64,000 bases of DNA from an uncultured Acidimicrobiia bacterium (GTDB lineage: Bacteria > Actinomycetota > Acidimicrobiia > Spongiisociales > DATADW01). Position 1 is the first letter of the stretch, and every line of letters starts with the position of its first letter. A model generated the notes under the pieces. It was not told the origin of the DNA. It made no database searches and worked only from the letters and a program-made list of their open reading frames with translations. A program made the position numbers and the translations under genes. The DNA is taken from positions 11,339-75,338 of the forward strand of contig CAWGYV010000015.1 of NCBI GenBank assembly GCA_963826825.1. Direction: 5' to 3'. This document shows positions 27,992 through 37,709 of the stretch, one piece after another.

Positions 27992-28726
27992 TCACCCCAC
28001 CGGTGTGCGTCCCCCAACGTATGCAGGCTCGGCCAGGAGTCGTTGCTGCTCGGTGAGCATTGCAACCACCTTTGCGGGGACGGATGGGCGGCGGTCCCAG
28101 GCCGAGTTCCCTGGGCTGTACTTGTAGAGGAGGTGTCGCCGCTCGTGGGGCGCAGTCCAGGGGAGCGTCCCATGGGTGATGGCTTCGGTGAAGATCACCA
28201 CATCCCCTGCCCGGTGGCCGACCTGATGGACCAGCCTCGTCGGCACCTCCGCGGGGCGGGGAAACGCACCTTTGTGACTCCCGGGGACGGCGCAAAAACC
28301 GCCCTGGCCGGGTGGTGAGTCGACCAGCGCCCAGGAGACCACGCACAGCCCGTTGTGCATCCGGCCGTTCTCAGTGACGTAGTACTGCGAGCGATCGAAG
28401 GGGATGCCCCCACCATGGAGCCCGAGTCCCGAGGTCCCAGGCGCCATGACGATCCCATAGGCATGGTCGAGCCGGACGGTTGGTCCGCACAGATCGATCA
28501 TCACGGGCAGGACCGCTGGGTGGTCGATGAGGGTGCGACAAGCCTCGTCCCAACCGAGGAATTCGTTGCCGAAGCGCTGGCTGCGCACCGTCTCACCGGG
28601 AGGCGGCAGCTTCTGTTTCTCCCAGACACTGTTGAGGTGTGCAACCTCGTCGGGCGAGAGGACCCCTTCAAGGACGATGTATCCCTCGAGGTCGAACAGG
28701 TAACGCTGGAGATCGGTGAGGCCGGC
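27992..28726 (-). CDS. phytanoyl-CoA dioxygenase (PhyH)-family Fe(II)/2-oxoglutarate oxygenase
   Basis: MAGLTDLQRYLFDLEGYIVLEGVLSPDEVAHLN... is a PhyH-like N-terminus, and His-rich jelly-roll segments follow. I chose the start at ATG 28726 rather than 28774. Confidence 0.6.
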   Translation of the reverse strand, partial: AGLTDLQRYLFDLEGYIVLEGVLSPDEVAHLNSVWEKQKLPPPGETVRSQRFGNEFLGWDEACRTLIDHPAVLPVMIDLCGPTVRLDHAYGIVMAPGTSGLGLHGGGIPFDRSQYYVTENGRMHNGLCVVSWALVDSPPGQGGFCAVPGSHKGAFPRPAEVPTRLVHQVGHRAGDVVIFTEAITHGTLPWTAPHERRHLLYKYSPGNSAWDRRPSVPAKVVAMLTEQQRLLAEPAYVGGRTPVG

Positions 28727-28812
28727 CATTCGCGGCAAGCTAGCCACGGGCCATCTTGGAGCAGGGCTGTCCAACAGGCTCGTTGGTGCCTCTCGCTAAC
28801 CTGTCGACCCTT

Positions 28813-28894
28813 GCCGGGATACCCAAGCGGCCAAAGGGAGCAGACTGTAAATCTGCCGGCTCAGCCTTCGGAGGTTCAAATCCTTCTCCCGGCA
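28813..28894 (+). tRNA. tRNA-Tyr (anticodon GTA), long variable arm, no encoded CCA
   Basis: Acceptor GCCGGGA pairs with TCCCGGC. D region TACCCAAGCGGCCAAAGGG. Anticodon loop ACTGTAAAT. Long variable arm. T arm GGAGGTTCAAATCCTTC. Confidence 0.9.
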
Positions 28895-28900
28895 CCCTTT

Positions 28901-30283
28901 CTATGGTGGGCCCGGTCGATCGAGAGCGCGCCCCAGCGTTTTCCGGTAGAGCGGGGCAACCGTGTCCACGAGGAGATAGCCGCAGAGGACGCCCACGGCG
29001 ATTGCGATCATGGCGCCGACAGTGCTCAGGAAGTCCTCGAGTCCGGAGACCGGGTTGTCGCTGAGGTATTCGGTCACGCCAATCACCCCGAGCGCTCCTG
29101 GCACGAGCAGCCAGAACCCGGGAAGAAACGAGACCAGAGCCGGGGGCCCGAAATGGGTGTTCTCGACGAGGCGCGCCACCGGTGTCATGGCTAGGGCCCC
29201 GAGGAAGCCGCCGACGAATCCACCGCCGAGTTGGTTTCCCACCTGTTGGCCGACGAAGGCGACGAGGAGCACCAGAAACAGCCCTGGCAGGGACCTGCGG
29301 GGCGGCGAGTAGTAGGCCGCCACCCCGACTCCGAAAACAATCGCACCGAGCCACGGTGCCCACCATCCGAAGGTGTTCTGAGGTGTGTCGACGAGCCCAG
29401 CCGATGGCAGCCCCACTAGCTCGGCCGCAACCAGGATTCCTGCAGCAAGTAGGACGAGTTGCAGAGCTCCCGAGATAAGGCGACTCGCACCAGCGACCAT
29501 TTGCCCGGACGACAGCTCGATGACAGACATGGTGAGGGCGGCGCCGGGCAGGAATGTTACGAGTGGGGCAATCATCGTTCGCAGGTTCGCACTGCCCCAG
29601 CCTTCGTTGGCCAGCGCGAAGGTGAGGGCCGAGACGATGAATGCGGCGGCGATCGGCATGACGGGTTGAGCCCGCGCCCACCTGCCGCCCACCAGCTTGA
29701 GGACACCTACGAGCGCACCGAAGAAGGCGGCCAGAGCAAGGTCCGCACCGGTCGGCTGCAATATGAGACACAGCCCCACCGTCAACAACACGTGCCCGAA
29801 TATCGTCAGAGGCAGGGAATAGCGGGGACGACTCGACAGAGTCGCTTGGACCTCTTGGATACCCTCGGCGGGCTCGATCTCTGCTCGCCTGGCTCGCTTC
29901 AGGATGTCGTAGAGCTTCGAGGTTTGGTCGAGACGGAGTGCCCCCCGTAGCTGAAAGGTCGGTTCGAGCGTCGCTGGTCGGTTCGGATCGAGTGCGACGA
30001 AGATGAAGGTGGGGAGAACTGCGAACCTCGCCTCCGGAGCCCCGTAGGTAGAGGCCACAGCCCGGAGGTGATCCTCGATCTCGTTGACTGCCCCACCGGC
30101 GACTGTCAACGCGCTCCCAAGGTAGAGCAGGAACTGTTGCAGGGCCTCCTCGTCCGATTGTGAATCGTCCGCCGGGCTTTGGTCGGATGGGCTCGTTCCG
30201 GCTCCCACTTGGTCCGGTTCCCTGGGTCGGTCGACCACGACCTGGCGGATGCTACCGAATGCGGTTTCTGCCCCCAGCGTCAT
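28901..30283 (-). CDS. ThrE-family (DUF1212 plus DUF3815) threonine/serine exporter-like membrane protein
   Basis: Soluble N-terminal region followed by about 10 TM segments typical of fused ThrE proteins. ATG at 30283 is the first Met below the tRNA-like repeat, but no clear SD precedes it, so the start is uncertain. Confidence 0.7.
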   Translation of the reverse strand: MTLGAETAFGSIRQVVVDRPREPDQVGAGTSPSDQSPADDSQSDEEALQQFLLYLGSALTVAGGAVNEIEDHLRAVASTYGAPEARFAVLPTFIFVALDPNRPATLEPTFQLRGALRLDQTSKLYDILKRARRAEIEPAEGIQEVQATLSSRPRYSLPLTIFGHVLLTVGLCLILQPTGADLALAAFFGALVGVLKLVGGRWARAQPVMPIAAAFIVSALTFALANEGWGSANLRTMIAPLVTFLPGAALTMSVIELSSGQMVAGASRLISGALQLVLLAAGILVAAELVGLPSAGLVDTPQNTFGWWAPWLGAIVFGVGVAAYYSPPRRSLPGLFLVLLVAFVGQQVGNQLGGGFVGGFLGALAMTPVARLVENTHFGPPALVSFLPGFWLLVPGALGVIGVTEYLSDNPVSGLEDFLSTVGAMIAIAVGVLCGYLLVDTVAPLYRKTLGRALDRPGPP

Positions 30284-30393
30284 GCCGGCCAGGGGAGGCT
30301 CGACCCTCCGAGATCGAGTCGACGATCCTCGCCAGGCGCTGCTACTCCAGACCTCGCGAGGCTGCCAATAGGAGTCATTGCCTCGGTACCGCC

Positions 30394-30446
30394 CTGGTAC
30401 AAGCTGTCGGCTTAGCCTTCTGAGGTTCAATCCTTCCCGCGGCACC
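30394..30446 (+). repeat. decayed duplicate of the 3' half of tRNA-Tyr (anticodon arm to acceptor end)
   Basis: CTGGTACAAGCTGTCGGCTTAGCCTTCTGAGGTTCAATCCTTCCCGCGGCACC aligns with tRNA positions about 28844-28896 (ACTGTAAATCTGCCGGCTCAGCCTTCGGAGGTTCAAATCCTTCTCCCGGCACC). Identity by eye is about 85%. Confidence 0.8.
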
Positions 30447-33400
30447 GCCCGGAACCGATACGCTGGCTAGGCACAATTCCGAGACCGAAAGGCCAGCACT
30501 GCAGGCGTTTCTGTTCACCGACATCGAAGCGAGCACGCGCCTCTGGGAGGAGCACCCCGATCAGATGGCGGCGGCGCTGAGCTCGACACGACTCGATCCT
30601 GCGCCATGCCGTCGACCAGGCAGGAGGGCGAATCCTCAAGACCACGGGGGACGGAATGATCGCCGTCTTCGACTCGGTGGTCGACGGTCTGGGCGCTGCG
30701 ACTCAGGCGCAGAGGTCTCTCGGTTCCGAGGCCTGGGGGGCCACCGGACCCCTGCGGGTACGGATGGGGGTCCATACCGGTGAAACGGACGACCGTGATG
30801 GTGACCACTTCGGGCCTGCGATGAACCGGACTGCCCGCATCATGGCCGCAGGTCACGGCGGGCAGGTGTTGCTATCCGCGATCGCCGCCAGGCTCGCCGA
30901 GGATCGGCTCGCCCCGGGCGCCAAATTGCGTGACCTTGGCGCACACCGTCTCAAGGACCTGACGTTGCCCGAGCACCTCTACCAACTGGTCCAGGACGGT
31001 CTCGAATCGGAGTTTCCACCGCTTCACACTCTCGAGGCGAGGCCGCACAACTTCCCGCAGCAGACCACCGAGTTTCTCGGGACGGGCCAACGAGCTGGCG
31101 GCGATCAAGGTGATGTTGGAGTCAAGGAGCACGAGGTTGTTGACCATCGCCGGACCAGGCGGAGCGGGGAAGACACGTCTCGGGCTGCAGGTCGCCGCCG
31201 AGCAGATGGACCATTTTCGTGACGGAGTCTTCTTCGTCGACTTGTCGGTCGGAGCGTGAACCGAATGCCGCCTTCGAGGCAGTGGTCGAGGGCGCTCAAC
31301 CTCCCGCTTTCACGGAGGGGGCGATTCGCTCCAGATCCTGAAATCACGGCTCCGAGACAGCCAGATGCTCCTGGTCCTCGACAACTTCGAGCAGGTGACC
31401 GCGGCGGCAGTCGGCGTATCCGAGCTGCTCCAGGTGGCGCCCGACCTCAAGATCATCGTGACGAGCCGGGAGACCCTTCGGGTCAGGGCCGAGCACGTCT
31501 TTCCCGTCCCTGAGCTCGGCCTGCCCCATCCCAAGGACTCGACGGCTTCCATCGCCGAGTCCGAAGCGGTCCAACTCTTCACCGAGCGAGCCCGGGCGGT
31601 GCGCCCCGCGTTCGCCGTCACCGATGAGAACGCCACTGACGTCGCCGAGATCTGTCTTCGTCTCGACGGTCTGCCCCTGGCGATCGAGCTGGCGGCGGCC
31701 AGACTCAACGTGTTCACGCCATCCGACCTGCTCGACCGTCTGCGCGACCGGCTCGATGTCCTGGGCAGCGGTGGACGGGACCTCCCTGACAGGCAGCGCA
31801 CCCTGTGGGCAGCGATCGGGTGGAGCTATGAGCTGCTCGACGACAGCGAGAGCTCCAGTCTTCGAACTGATGTCGGTGTTCACGACGGCTGACCTCCCGA
31901 CATTGGAGGCTGTGGCCGCCGACGCCCTCGGAGCGGATTCGGTCGTCGACTCCATCAGCTTCGCTGGTGGACAAGAGCCTGGTTCGAGCCGAGGAGAAAG
32001 CGGGCACGCAGCGCTTCTCCATGTTGCTGACGATCAAGGAGTACGCCGAAGCCCGGCTGGCCGACAATCCCCGAACAGAACGAGGCGGTGCGCCGGGCCC
32101 ACGCCGTCCACTTACTCCGAATTCGGCCGCCGGCTGCACGAACGTCTCCGTGGCGCCGGACGCGACGGCCGCCCTCACCGACCTCGAATTGGAGATCGGC
32201 AACGTGAGGACCGCCTGGCGTTATTGGGTCGACCGGGCCGATCTGGAGCAGGTGTTCGATCTCGTCGACGGACTGTGGGCGCTCCACGAGGCCAAGGGTT
32301 GGTACCACGCCGCAATGGAGCTCGCCACCGATGCGCTCGACGTGCTGGATGCGGCCGGTCACTCACCGGAGCTCGCCGCCCAGGAGCTTGGCCCTGCGCA
32401 CCAGTCTGGCCCGCGCCTCGATGGCGGTGCATGGCTACGGCGTGGAGGTCGAGGAAGCGTTCAAGACAGCCCTGGCGCTGTCGCAGACCGCGGGAACGGC
32501 GGCGCAGCAGTATCCCGGTGCTACGCGCCCTTGCCACCTACTACATGGGCGTGGCCAACTTCGAGCAGGGCGCCGTGTACGGGCAACGGCTGCTCGATCT
32601 GGGGGAAACGCGAGAGTGACGACTCGATACGGATCGAGGGCCACTACGTCTATGGAGCAGCCACCAGCTTCAGCGGTGATCTCGAAACAGGTCTACCCCA
32701 TCTCGACCGTGCCATCGAGCTCCACGATCCTCGGGTACACGGCTCGACTCGATTTCGGCTCGGGCCCAATACAGGTGTATCGGCGCGGGTCGCATCGGGC
32801 CTCATCCTGTGGCAATGCGGTGCTCTGGGGCGATCTGTGGCCCGGCTCACCGAGGCGCTCGAGATTGCCCGGGACCTCGACCATCCCTACAGCGTCGCCT
32901 TCGCCCTCTATCACAATGGCCTTCTCGCCCTGTTTAGGAGCCGTTTCGACGAGTGTGCGCAAAAGGCACACGAGCTTGCGGTGGTGGCGGAGGACAACGA
33001 CTACGTGGTGTGGAGGACGCTCGCCAACGTCCTCGAGGGGGTATCGCTGACCGCCGTCGGCAGGACCGAGGAAGGTCTTGCGATGACCGAAACCGCCATC
33101 GACCTCTATCAGGGACTGACGACACCACCGGTGTTCTGGCCCCAATTGCTCGCGGTCAGAAGTCTGACCCACGCCTTGGCTGGTCGGCCCGAGCAGGCTC
33201 TCGTCTTGATCGATGAAGCGATACAGATTGGAGCGCCCTATGCGACGGCTCCACCCGATTTCCTCGCATTCAAGGGCGACTTCCTCCGAATGCTGTCACC
33301 ACCGGATCTCGCCCAGGCCGAGGCGGCGTACGAAGAGGGGATCCAAGCCGCACGAGCCGCAGGGCTTCACCTCATCGAACTGCAAGGACTGACCCGTCTG

Positions 33401-33490
33401 GTCGGTCTCCGCCGGGAGCTGGGCCGGTTTCCCGATGGCAGCGCCGAGCTCGCCGAGCTTTACGCCAGGCTTCACCGAGGGGCTAGATGA
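30423..33490 (+). pseudogene. second class III cyclase - STAND ATPase (Walker A GPGGAGKT) - TPR gene, heavily frameshifted and lacking a canonical start
   Basis: Motifs are scattered over all three + frames: QAFLFTDIEAST, KTTGDGMIAVF, RMGVHTGE, IAGPGGAGKTRLG, MLLVLDNFEQV, LDGLPLAIELAAARL, and a long TPR-like tail ending at 33490. I count about 13 frame switches (for example near 30581, 31075, 31250, 31315, 31850, 31960, 32070-32170, 32385, 32515 and 32617). There is no ATG/GTG/TTG between the stop at 30420-30422 and the first motif. Confidence 0.8.
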
Positions 33491-33669
33491 GCACGACCTG
33501 ACCTTGGCTCGGGACCTGTTGAAGTTGGAGGGATCCCAATCAGCGCGGCGGGCAGGCTCGGAGCTTCCCTGATTGCTCGGGTCTCCGCTTCGAACACCAA
33601 AGGAAAAGGTAGACGAAGATGACAGCGCTTGTACATCGGGATCAAGCCGCTATATCCGGCTAGCTCAGC

Positions 33670-33691
33670 AATCTGTCGGCTCAGCCTTCGG
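33670..33691 (+). repeat. second, shorter remnant of the tRNA-Tyr anticodon-stem/variable-arm segment
   Basis: AATCTGTCGGCTCAGCCTTCGG versus tRNA 28850-28871 AATCTGCCGGCTCAGCCTTCGG, 21 of 22 identical. Confidence 0.75.
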
Positions 33692-33704
33692 GCCGTTCTG
33701 ATTG

Positions 33705-34262
33705 TCACGCCAGATGCGGCCCGGCAACCTCACCGGCATCGGCGGCTTGGGCATCGGCGGCATCGGCGGCCTCGGTACCGGCAAGGTACTTGATCAGGTC
33801 ATTCGAGTGGGTGATCGGCAGGCGATTGCCTTCCAACTCGATCCTGGCGCCGGTCTCTGGCTGCACCATCTCGAGCGTCCGCACGTTCACCCGACCGTGC
33901 ACCTTGATCTCCAGCCCATGGCGGGCGACCTGGAACACGAGCTCGTCTGGCACGTCCTTCCTGCCTAATTTCGCCAATGGGAACCCGTAGATCGTCGATG
34001 CCGACGCACCGACGAGCATCTGGCTGGGCAGGCCGCTCGAGGCGGCGTTAGCCGCGCTACCCGCGACTGCGCCGACGCCTAGTCCGATCGCGTCGCCTAC
34101 GTCGCCGAAGGCGCCGCCGACCTGGCTGCCGATCATGCCGCCCGCGAACAGCGCCCCACTCTGACCTCTCGGCTGGAACTGTCCAACCTCCTCGATCTGG
34201 TCGTCGATCCCCATGTGATCGAGGGCGGCTTGGACTGCGGCGATCATGTCTTTCTCGGCCAC
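33705..34262 (-). CDS. hypothetical protein with a Gly/Ala-rich central segment
   Basis: 185-aa ORF with reasonable coding character. Central GGMIGSQVGGAFGDVGDAIGLGVGAVAGSAANAA segment. I do not recognise a family. Confidence 0.55.
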   Translation of the reverse strand: MAEKDMIAAVQAALDHMGIDDQIEEVGQFQPRGQSGALFAGGMIGSQVGGAFGDVGDAIGLGVGAVAGSAANAASSGLPSQMLVGASASTIYGFPLAKLGRKDVPDELVFQVARHGLEIKVHGRVNVRTLEMVQPETGARIELEGNRLPITHSNDLIKYLAGTEAADAADAQAADAGEVAGPHLA

Positions 34263-34402
34263 AAACCGAACCTAGTGCCGGGGAGATCGCATCGTCCGGA
34301 TTGCCCGCTTCCTGCACCGGGCGTTCGGTCTATGCGCGCGGTGGCACAATGTTCGCTGGCCCATCGCCCCGCGCTGTCGGCCGGTAAGTCCAAGGAGATT
34401 CG

Positions 34403-35161
34403 TTGCAGGCCCAGATCGGGGTGCAGCTCTACACGCTGCGAGACATGGGGACACGGGATCCGGAGGGGATACTGGCGCGGCTTGGGACGATCGGGTTCGT
34501 CGCCGTCGAGTCGGCCGGCCTGTTTGGTCGTCGACCGGAGGCGGTGGCCGCAATGCTGGCCGACTCAGGCTTACGCCTGTGCAGCGCTCACGTCGGGTTC
34601 AGGGACGACGACACATACGAAGCCGATCTCGAGGCCCATCAGAGGGCGGGTGCTACCACCTTCATAATCCCGGCGCTGCCCCCGGAAGGCTTCGTCGATC
34701 TAGACGCGGTCCGGCGCACAGCCGAGACGATCAACCAGGCGAACCAGCGGGTCAGGGCAATGGGAGGAGAGCTCGGCTACCACAACCATCACTGGGAGAT
34801 GACGCCGATCGACGGGCGGCCGGCGCTGCTCCACCTCGTCGAGCACCTCGACCCGAGCGTCCTTTGCGAGGTCGATGTGTACTGGGCCCGTGTCGGGGGT
34901 GTCGACCCTGCTCGGCTGGTTGCCGACCTTGGTGACCGGGTCCGACTGCTGCACGTCAAGGACGGTCCCGCCGACCACCCGGAGAGCGCCATGGTGGCGG
35001 TCGGGGAAGGTGCTCTCGACATGCCGCCGATCCTCGCCGCCAATCCGGCGGTGGCATGGCACATCGTCGAGCTCGATCGGTGTGACACCGACATGTTCGA
35101 GGCCGTGGAACGCAGCTATCACTTCCTGGTGGACGGGGGCCTTTCTCAGGCTCGCCAATGA
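34403..35161 (+). CDS. sugar phosphate isomerase/epimerase (xylose isomerase-like TIM barrel)
   Basis: 252 aa starting IGVQLYTLRD, typical of this family. TTG start is 5 nt after AAGGAG. Confidence 0.75.
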   Translation: MQAQIGVQLYTLRDMGTRDPEGILARLGTIGFVAVESAGLFGRRPEAVAAMLADSGLRLCSAHVGFRDDDTYEADLEAHQRAGATTFIIPALPPEGFVDLDAVRRTAETINQANQRVRAMGGELGYHNHHWEMTPIDGRPALLHLVEHLDPSVLCEVDVYWARVGGVDPARLVADLGDRVRLLHVKDGPADHPESAMVAVGEGALDMPPILAANPAVAWHIVELDRCDTDMFEAVERSYHFLVDGGLSQARQ

Positions 35162-36255
35162 AACGTGTCGGGATAATCGGATGTGGCGTCATCGCGCCGA
35201 CATACGCCACCACCCTCAACGAGATCGACTTCATCGATTTGGTGGCATGTTCGGACAGCGTGCCCGAAAGAGCCGCCGAGTTGGCGGCGAGCCATGACAT
35301 TCCCCGGGTAACTCCGCTCGACGCGCTCCTTGCCGATGACGAAATCGATGCAGTTATCAACCTCACCCCTCCCAAGGCCCATGGCGCCGTGACCGGGGCG
35401 GCGCTGGAGGCAGGAAAGGCGGTCTTCAGCGAGAAGCCGCTCGGTGTCGACTTCATCGACGGCAAGGCGCTGGTGGATGCCGCCGCGGAGAATGGGCTCC
35501 GGCTCGGTTGCGCCCCGGACACTTTCCTCGGCCCAGGTCTGCAGACCTGCCGCGACATCGTCGAGCGCGGTCTCATCGGGGAGCCGGTGGCGGCGAACGG
35601 CTTCATCCTCGGCCCGGGTCCCGAGCACTGGCATCCCGATCCAGGGAGCTTCTATCAACTGGGCGCCGGACCCCTGCTGGACATGGGTCCCTACTACCTC
35701 ACCGCCCTCGTCCAGCTGCTCGGGCCCGCGCGACGGGTGACCGCTGCGGCGCGGGTCACCCGCGCGGAGCGTCTGATCCTCTCGGAACCGCGCCGGGGCG
35801 TCATGATCCCTGTTGAGGCACCCACCCACGTCAGCACCATCGTCGAGTTCGCATCCGGTGCGATTGCCACCCTCGTCAGCAGCTTCGATGTGGCGGCGAC
35901 GCAATACCGAGATCTGGAGATCTACGGCACCGAGGCGACGCTGGCCGTGCCCGACCCCAACACCTTCGGCGGTCCGGTGCGGATACGGGCAGTCGGCTCG
36001 AAGCAGTGGCGGGACCTCCCTCTGCGGGCGACGCATCTGCCGATGCGCCGGGGCATCGGAGCGGCGGACATGCTGTGGGCGATGGGCAGCGGACGAGCAC
36101 ACCGGGCTTCAGATGTGCTGGCGCTGCATGTGCTGGAGGTGATGACCGCATCGATCGATTCAGCCGAGACTGGGCAAAGGGTGGATCTCACCACCAGTTG
36201 TGCCCCCGCTCCGCTCCTGCCTCTCGATCTCGCTAAGCACACCTTCGACGACTGA
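35158..36255 (+). CDS. Gfo/Idh/MocA-family NAD(P)-dependent oxidoreductase
   Basis: N-terminal Rossmann motif MKRVGIIGCGVIAPTY. EKP motif (FSEKPLG). ATGA overlap with the upstream gene. Confidence 0.85.
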   Translation: MKRVGIIGCGVIAPTYATTLNEIDFIDLVACSDSVPERAAELAASHDIPRVTPLDALLADDEIDAVINLTPPKAHGAVTGAALEAGKAVFSEKPLGVDFIDGKALVDAAAENGLRLGCAPDTFLGPGLQTCRDIVERGLIGEPVAANGFILGPGPEHWHPDPGSFYQLGAGPLLDMGPYYLTALVQLLGPARRVTAAARVTRAERLILSEPRRGVMIPVEAPTHVSTIVEFASGAIATLVSSFDVAATQYRDLEIYGTEATLAVPDPNTFGGPVRIRAVGSKQWRDLPLRATHLPMRRGIGAADMLWAMGSGRAHRASDVLALHVLEVMTASIDSAETGQRVDLTTSCAPAPLLPLDLAKHTFDD

Positions 36256-36378
36256 TGCTGGAAGCTTCGATCAGCGGGCAGCACTCCGATTCGTCGGGTA
36301 GGCGAGACGGGCTTGCGCGACACTGGCCTCTACAGGCGGTGGGGAAAAGCCTAGATTTCGGGGCGTCCGGAGGGGGCC

Positions 36379-37659
36379 TTGAACGCTCAGATCTTGGCGC
36401 CGGTGTTGGTGCTCACCGTCCTGGTGACGGCGACACCGCAGCCGGCAGCCGCACCCGATGACGACAGGGTTTACCAGGAAGAGGATCGTGACCTTTTCGG
36501 TCCTCTGCCAATGGTTCCCCAGAACTTCCTGCCCGAAAACAGCCGGGTCACAGAGACGATTGGCTCCCAACCGAACCTGTTCCTGTCGTTCGACGATGGA
36601 AACTCGAGCCTGACGCCAGCTCTGCTCGATGTGCTCGCCAATTATCCGGACGCCGGGGTCACCTTCTTCGTGAATTGCAAGGAACCGATCTCCGGCGTGA
36701 TGCAGCGCATCATCGACGAAGGGCATGCAATCGGCAACCACACCTGTCATCACTCTTTGATGACAGGGATGAGCTCGTCAGAACGATGGAGCCAGTTAGA
36801 ACAGCTCAACCAGTACGTGAACGACCGGGTGGAGTTCGATATCGGGATCGGGTGCTACCGACCGCCGTTCGGCGCCACCAGCGATTCGGTCCGGGCCGAC
36901 GCCGCCGCCCTCGGCATGCGGGAATGGACTTGGAGCATCGACCCATACGACTGGCAATTGCCGGGAGTCGATTCGATCCTTGCCGATCTCGAGAAGATGG
37001 GGCCAGGTGACATCATCATCCTGCACAATTCCGAGGGGAAGTCGCAGACGATCGAGGCGGTCCGGCTGTTTCTCGCGGAGCATTACGACGACTATCTGTT
37101 TCGAGCTCTTCCCCAGTGCGGGGTATCGCCGATGCCCCCGGGCCCCTTCGCCGACGTTCCCGGCGACGGCACGTTCACCGAGGACGTTGCCTGGGTCAAG
37201 GAGCAGGGCATCGCCCTCGGCTGCAACCTGGAGGGCACGCTGTTCTGTCCCGATGACCTGGTCAGCCGGGGTCAGATGGCGAGCTTCCTGAGCCGAGCTC
37301 TCCAGCTCCCAAAGGCTGGCCGCAACTATTTCAAGGACGATGGGCACAACGCCCACGAGGACAACATCGACCGGTTGGCGGAAGCCGAAATCAGCAACGG
37401 CTGCGGCGACCGGATCTTTTGTCCCGACGACTCTGTCAGCCGCGGTCAGATGGCGTCTTTGCTCGTCAGGGCGCTTGGGCTCGAGCCGATCCCCGGAGAC
37501 GTCTTTGGCGACACCTCGGGACCCCACGAGCCCAACATCAACGCCATTGCCGCGGCTGGGATCACCAAGGGTTGCGACACAGACGGAAAGAGGTTCTGCC
37601 CGAGACAGCCGGTGACCCGCGAAGAAATGGCCGCCTTCCTGCACCGGGCGTTCGGCTAG
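36379..37659 (+). CDS. secreted polysaccharide deacetylase (NodB/CE4) with three C-terminal SLH-like repeats
   Basis: Signal peptide present. NodB motifs LSFDDGNSS and IGNHTCHH. Three ~55-aa repeats follow, each with F.D...H...I.W/L....I..GC.....FCP...V(S/T)R(G/E)(Q/E)MA(S/A)(F/L)L.RA(L/F). Confidence 0.8.
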   Translation: MNAQILAPVLVLTVLVTATPQPAAAPDDDRVYQEEDRDLFGPLPMVPQNFLPENSRVTETIGSQPNLFLSFDDGNSSLTPALLDVLANYPDAGVTFFVNCKEPISGVMQRIIDEGHAIGNHTCHHSLMTGMSSSERWSQLEQLNQYVNDRVEFDIGIGCYRPPFGATSDSVRADAAALGMREWTWSIDPYDWQLPGVDSILADLEKMGPGDIIILHNSEGKSQTIEAVRLFLAEHYDDYLFRALPQCGVSPMPPGPFADVPGDGTFTEDVAWVKEQGIALGCNLEGTLFCPDDLVSRGQMASFLSRALQLPKAGRNYFKDDGHNAHEDNIDRLAEAEISNGCGDRIFCPDDSVSRGQMASLLVRALGLEPIPGDVFGDTSGPHEPNINAIAAAGITKGCDTDGKRFCPRQPVTREEMAAFLHRAFG

Positions 37660-37709
37660 GACCTGCTGGGGGTGTTGCCCGCCCCGACTCCCCGCTCTTC
37701 CCAAATCCC

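Noticed and set aside
23740-33490. Programmed ribosomal frameshifting as an explanation for the split cyclase-STAND genes
   Set aside because: There are too many shifts (5 and about 13), and I saw no recurring slippery heptamer or downstream structure at the shift sites. Indel errors or pseudogenisation are far more parsimonious.
28895-33692. An active integrative element or prophage at tRNA-Tyr
   Set aside because: No integrase, excisionase, replication or structural genes lie between the repeats. Only a membrane exporter gene and a decayed regulator are there, so at most these are fossil islands.
33472-33708. 78-aa minus-strand ORF spanning the second tRNA-like remnant
   Set aside because: Its sequence is dictated by the repeat (it shares RRLSRQ with the antisense of the first remnant). 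It has no SD and lies in low-GC non-coding-looking sequence.
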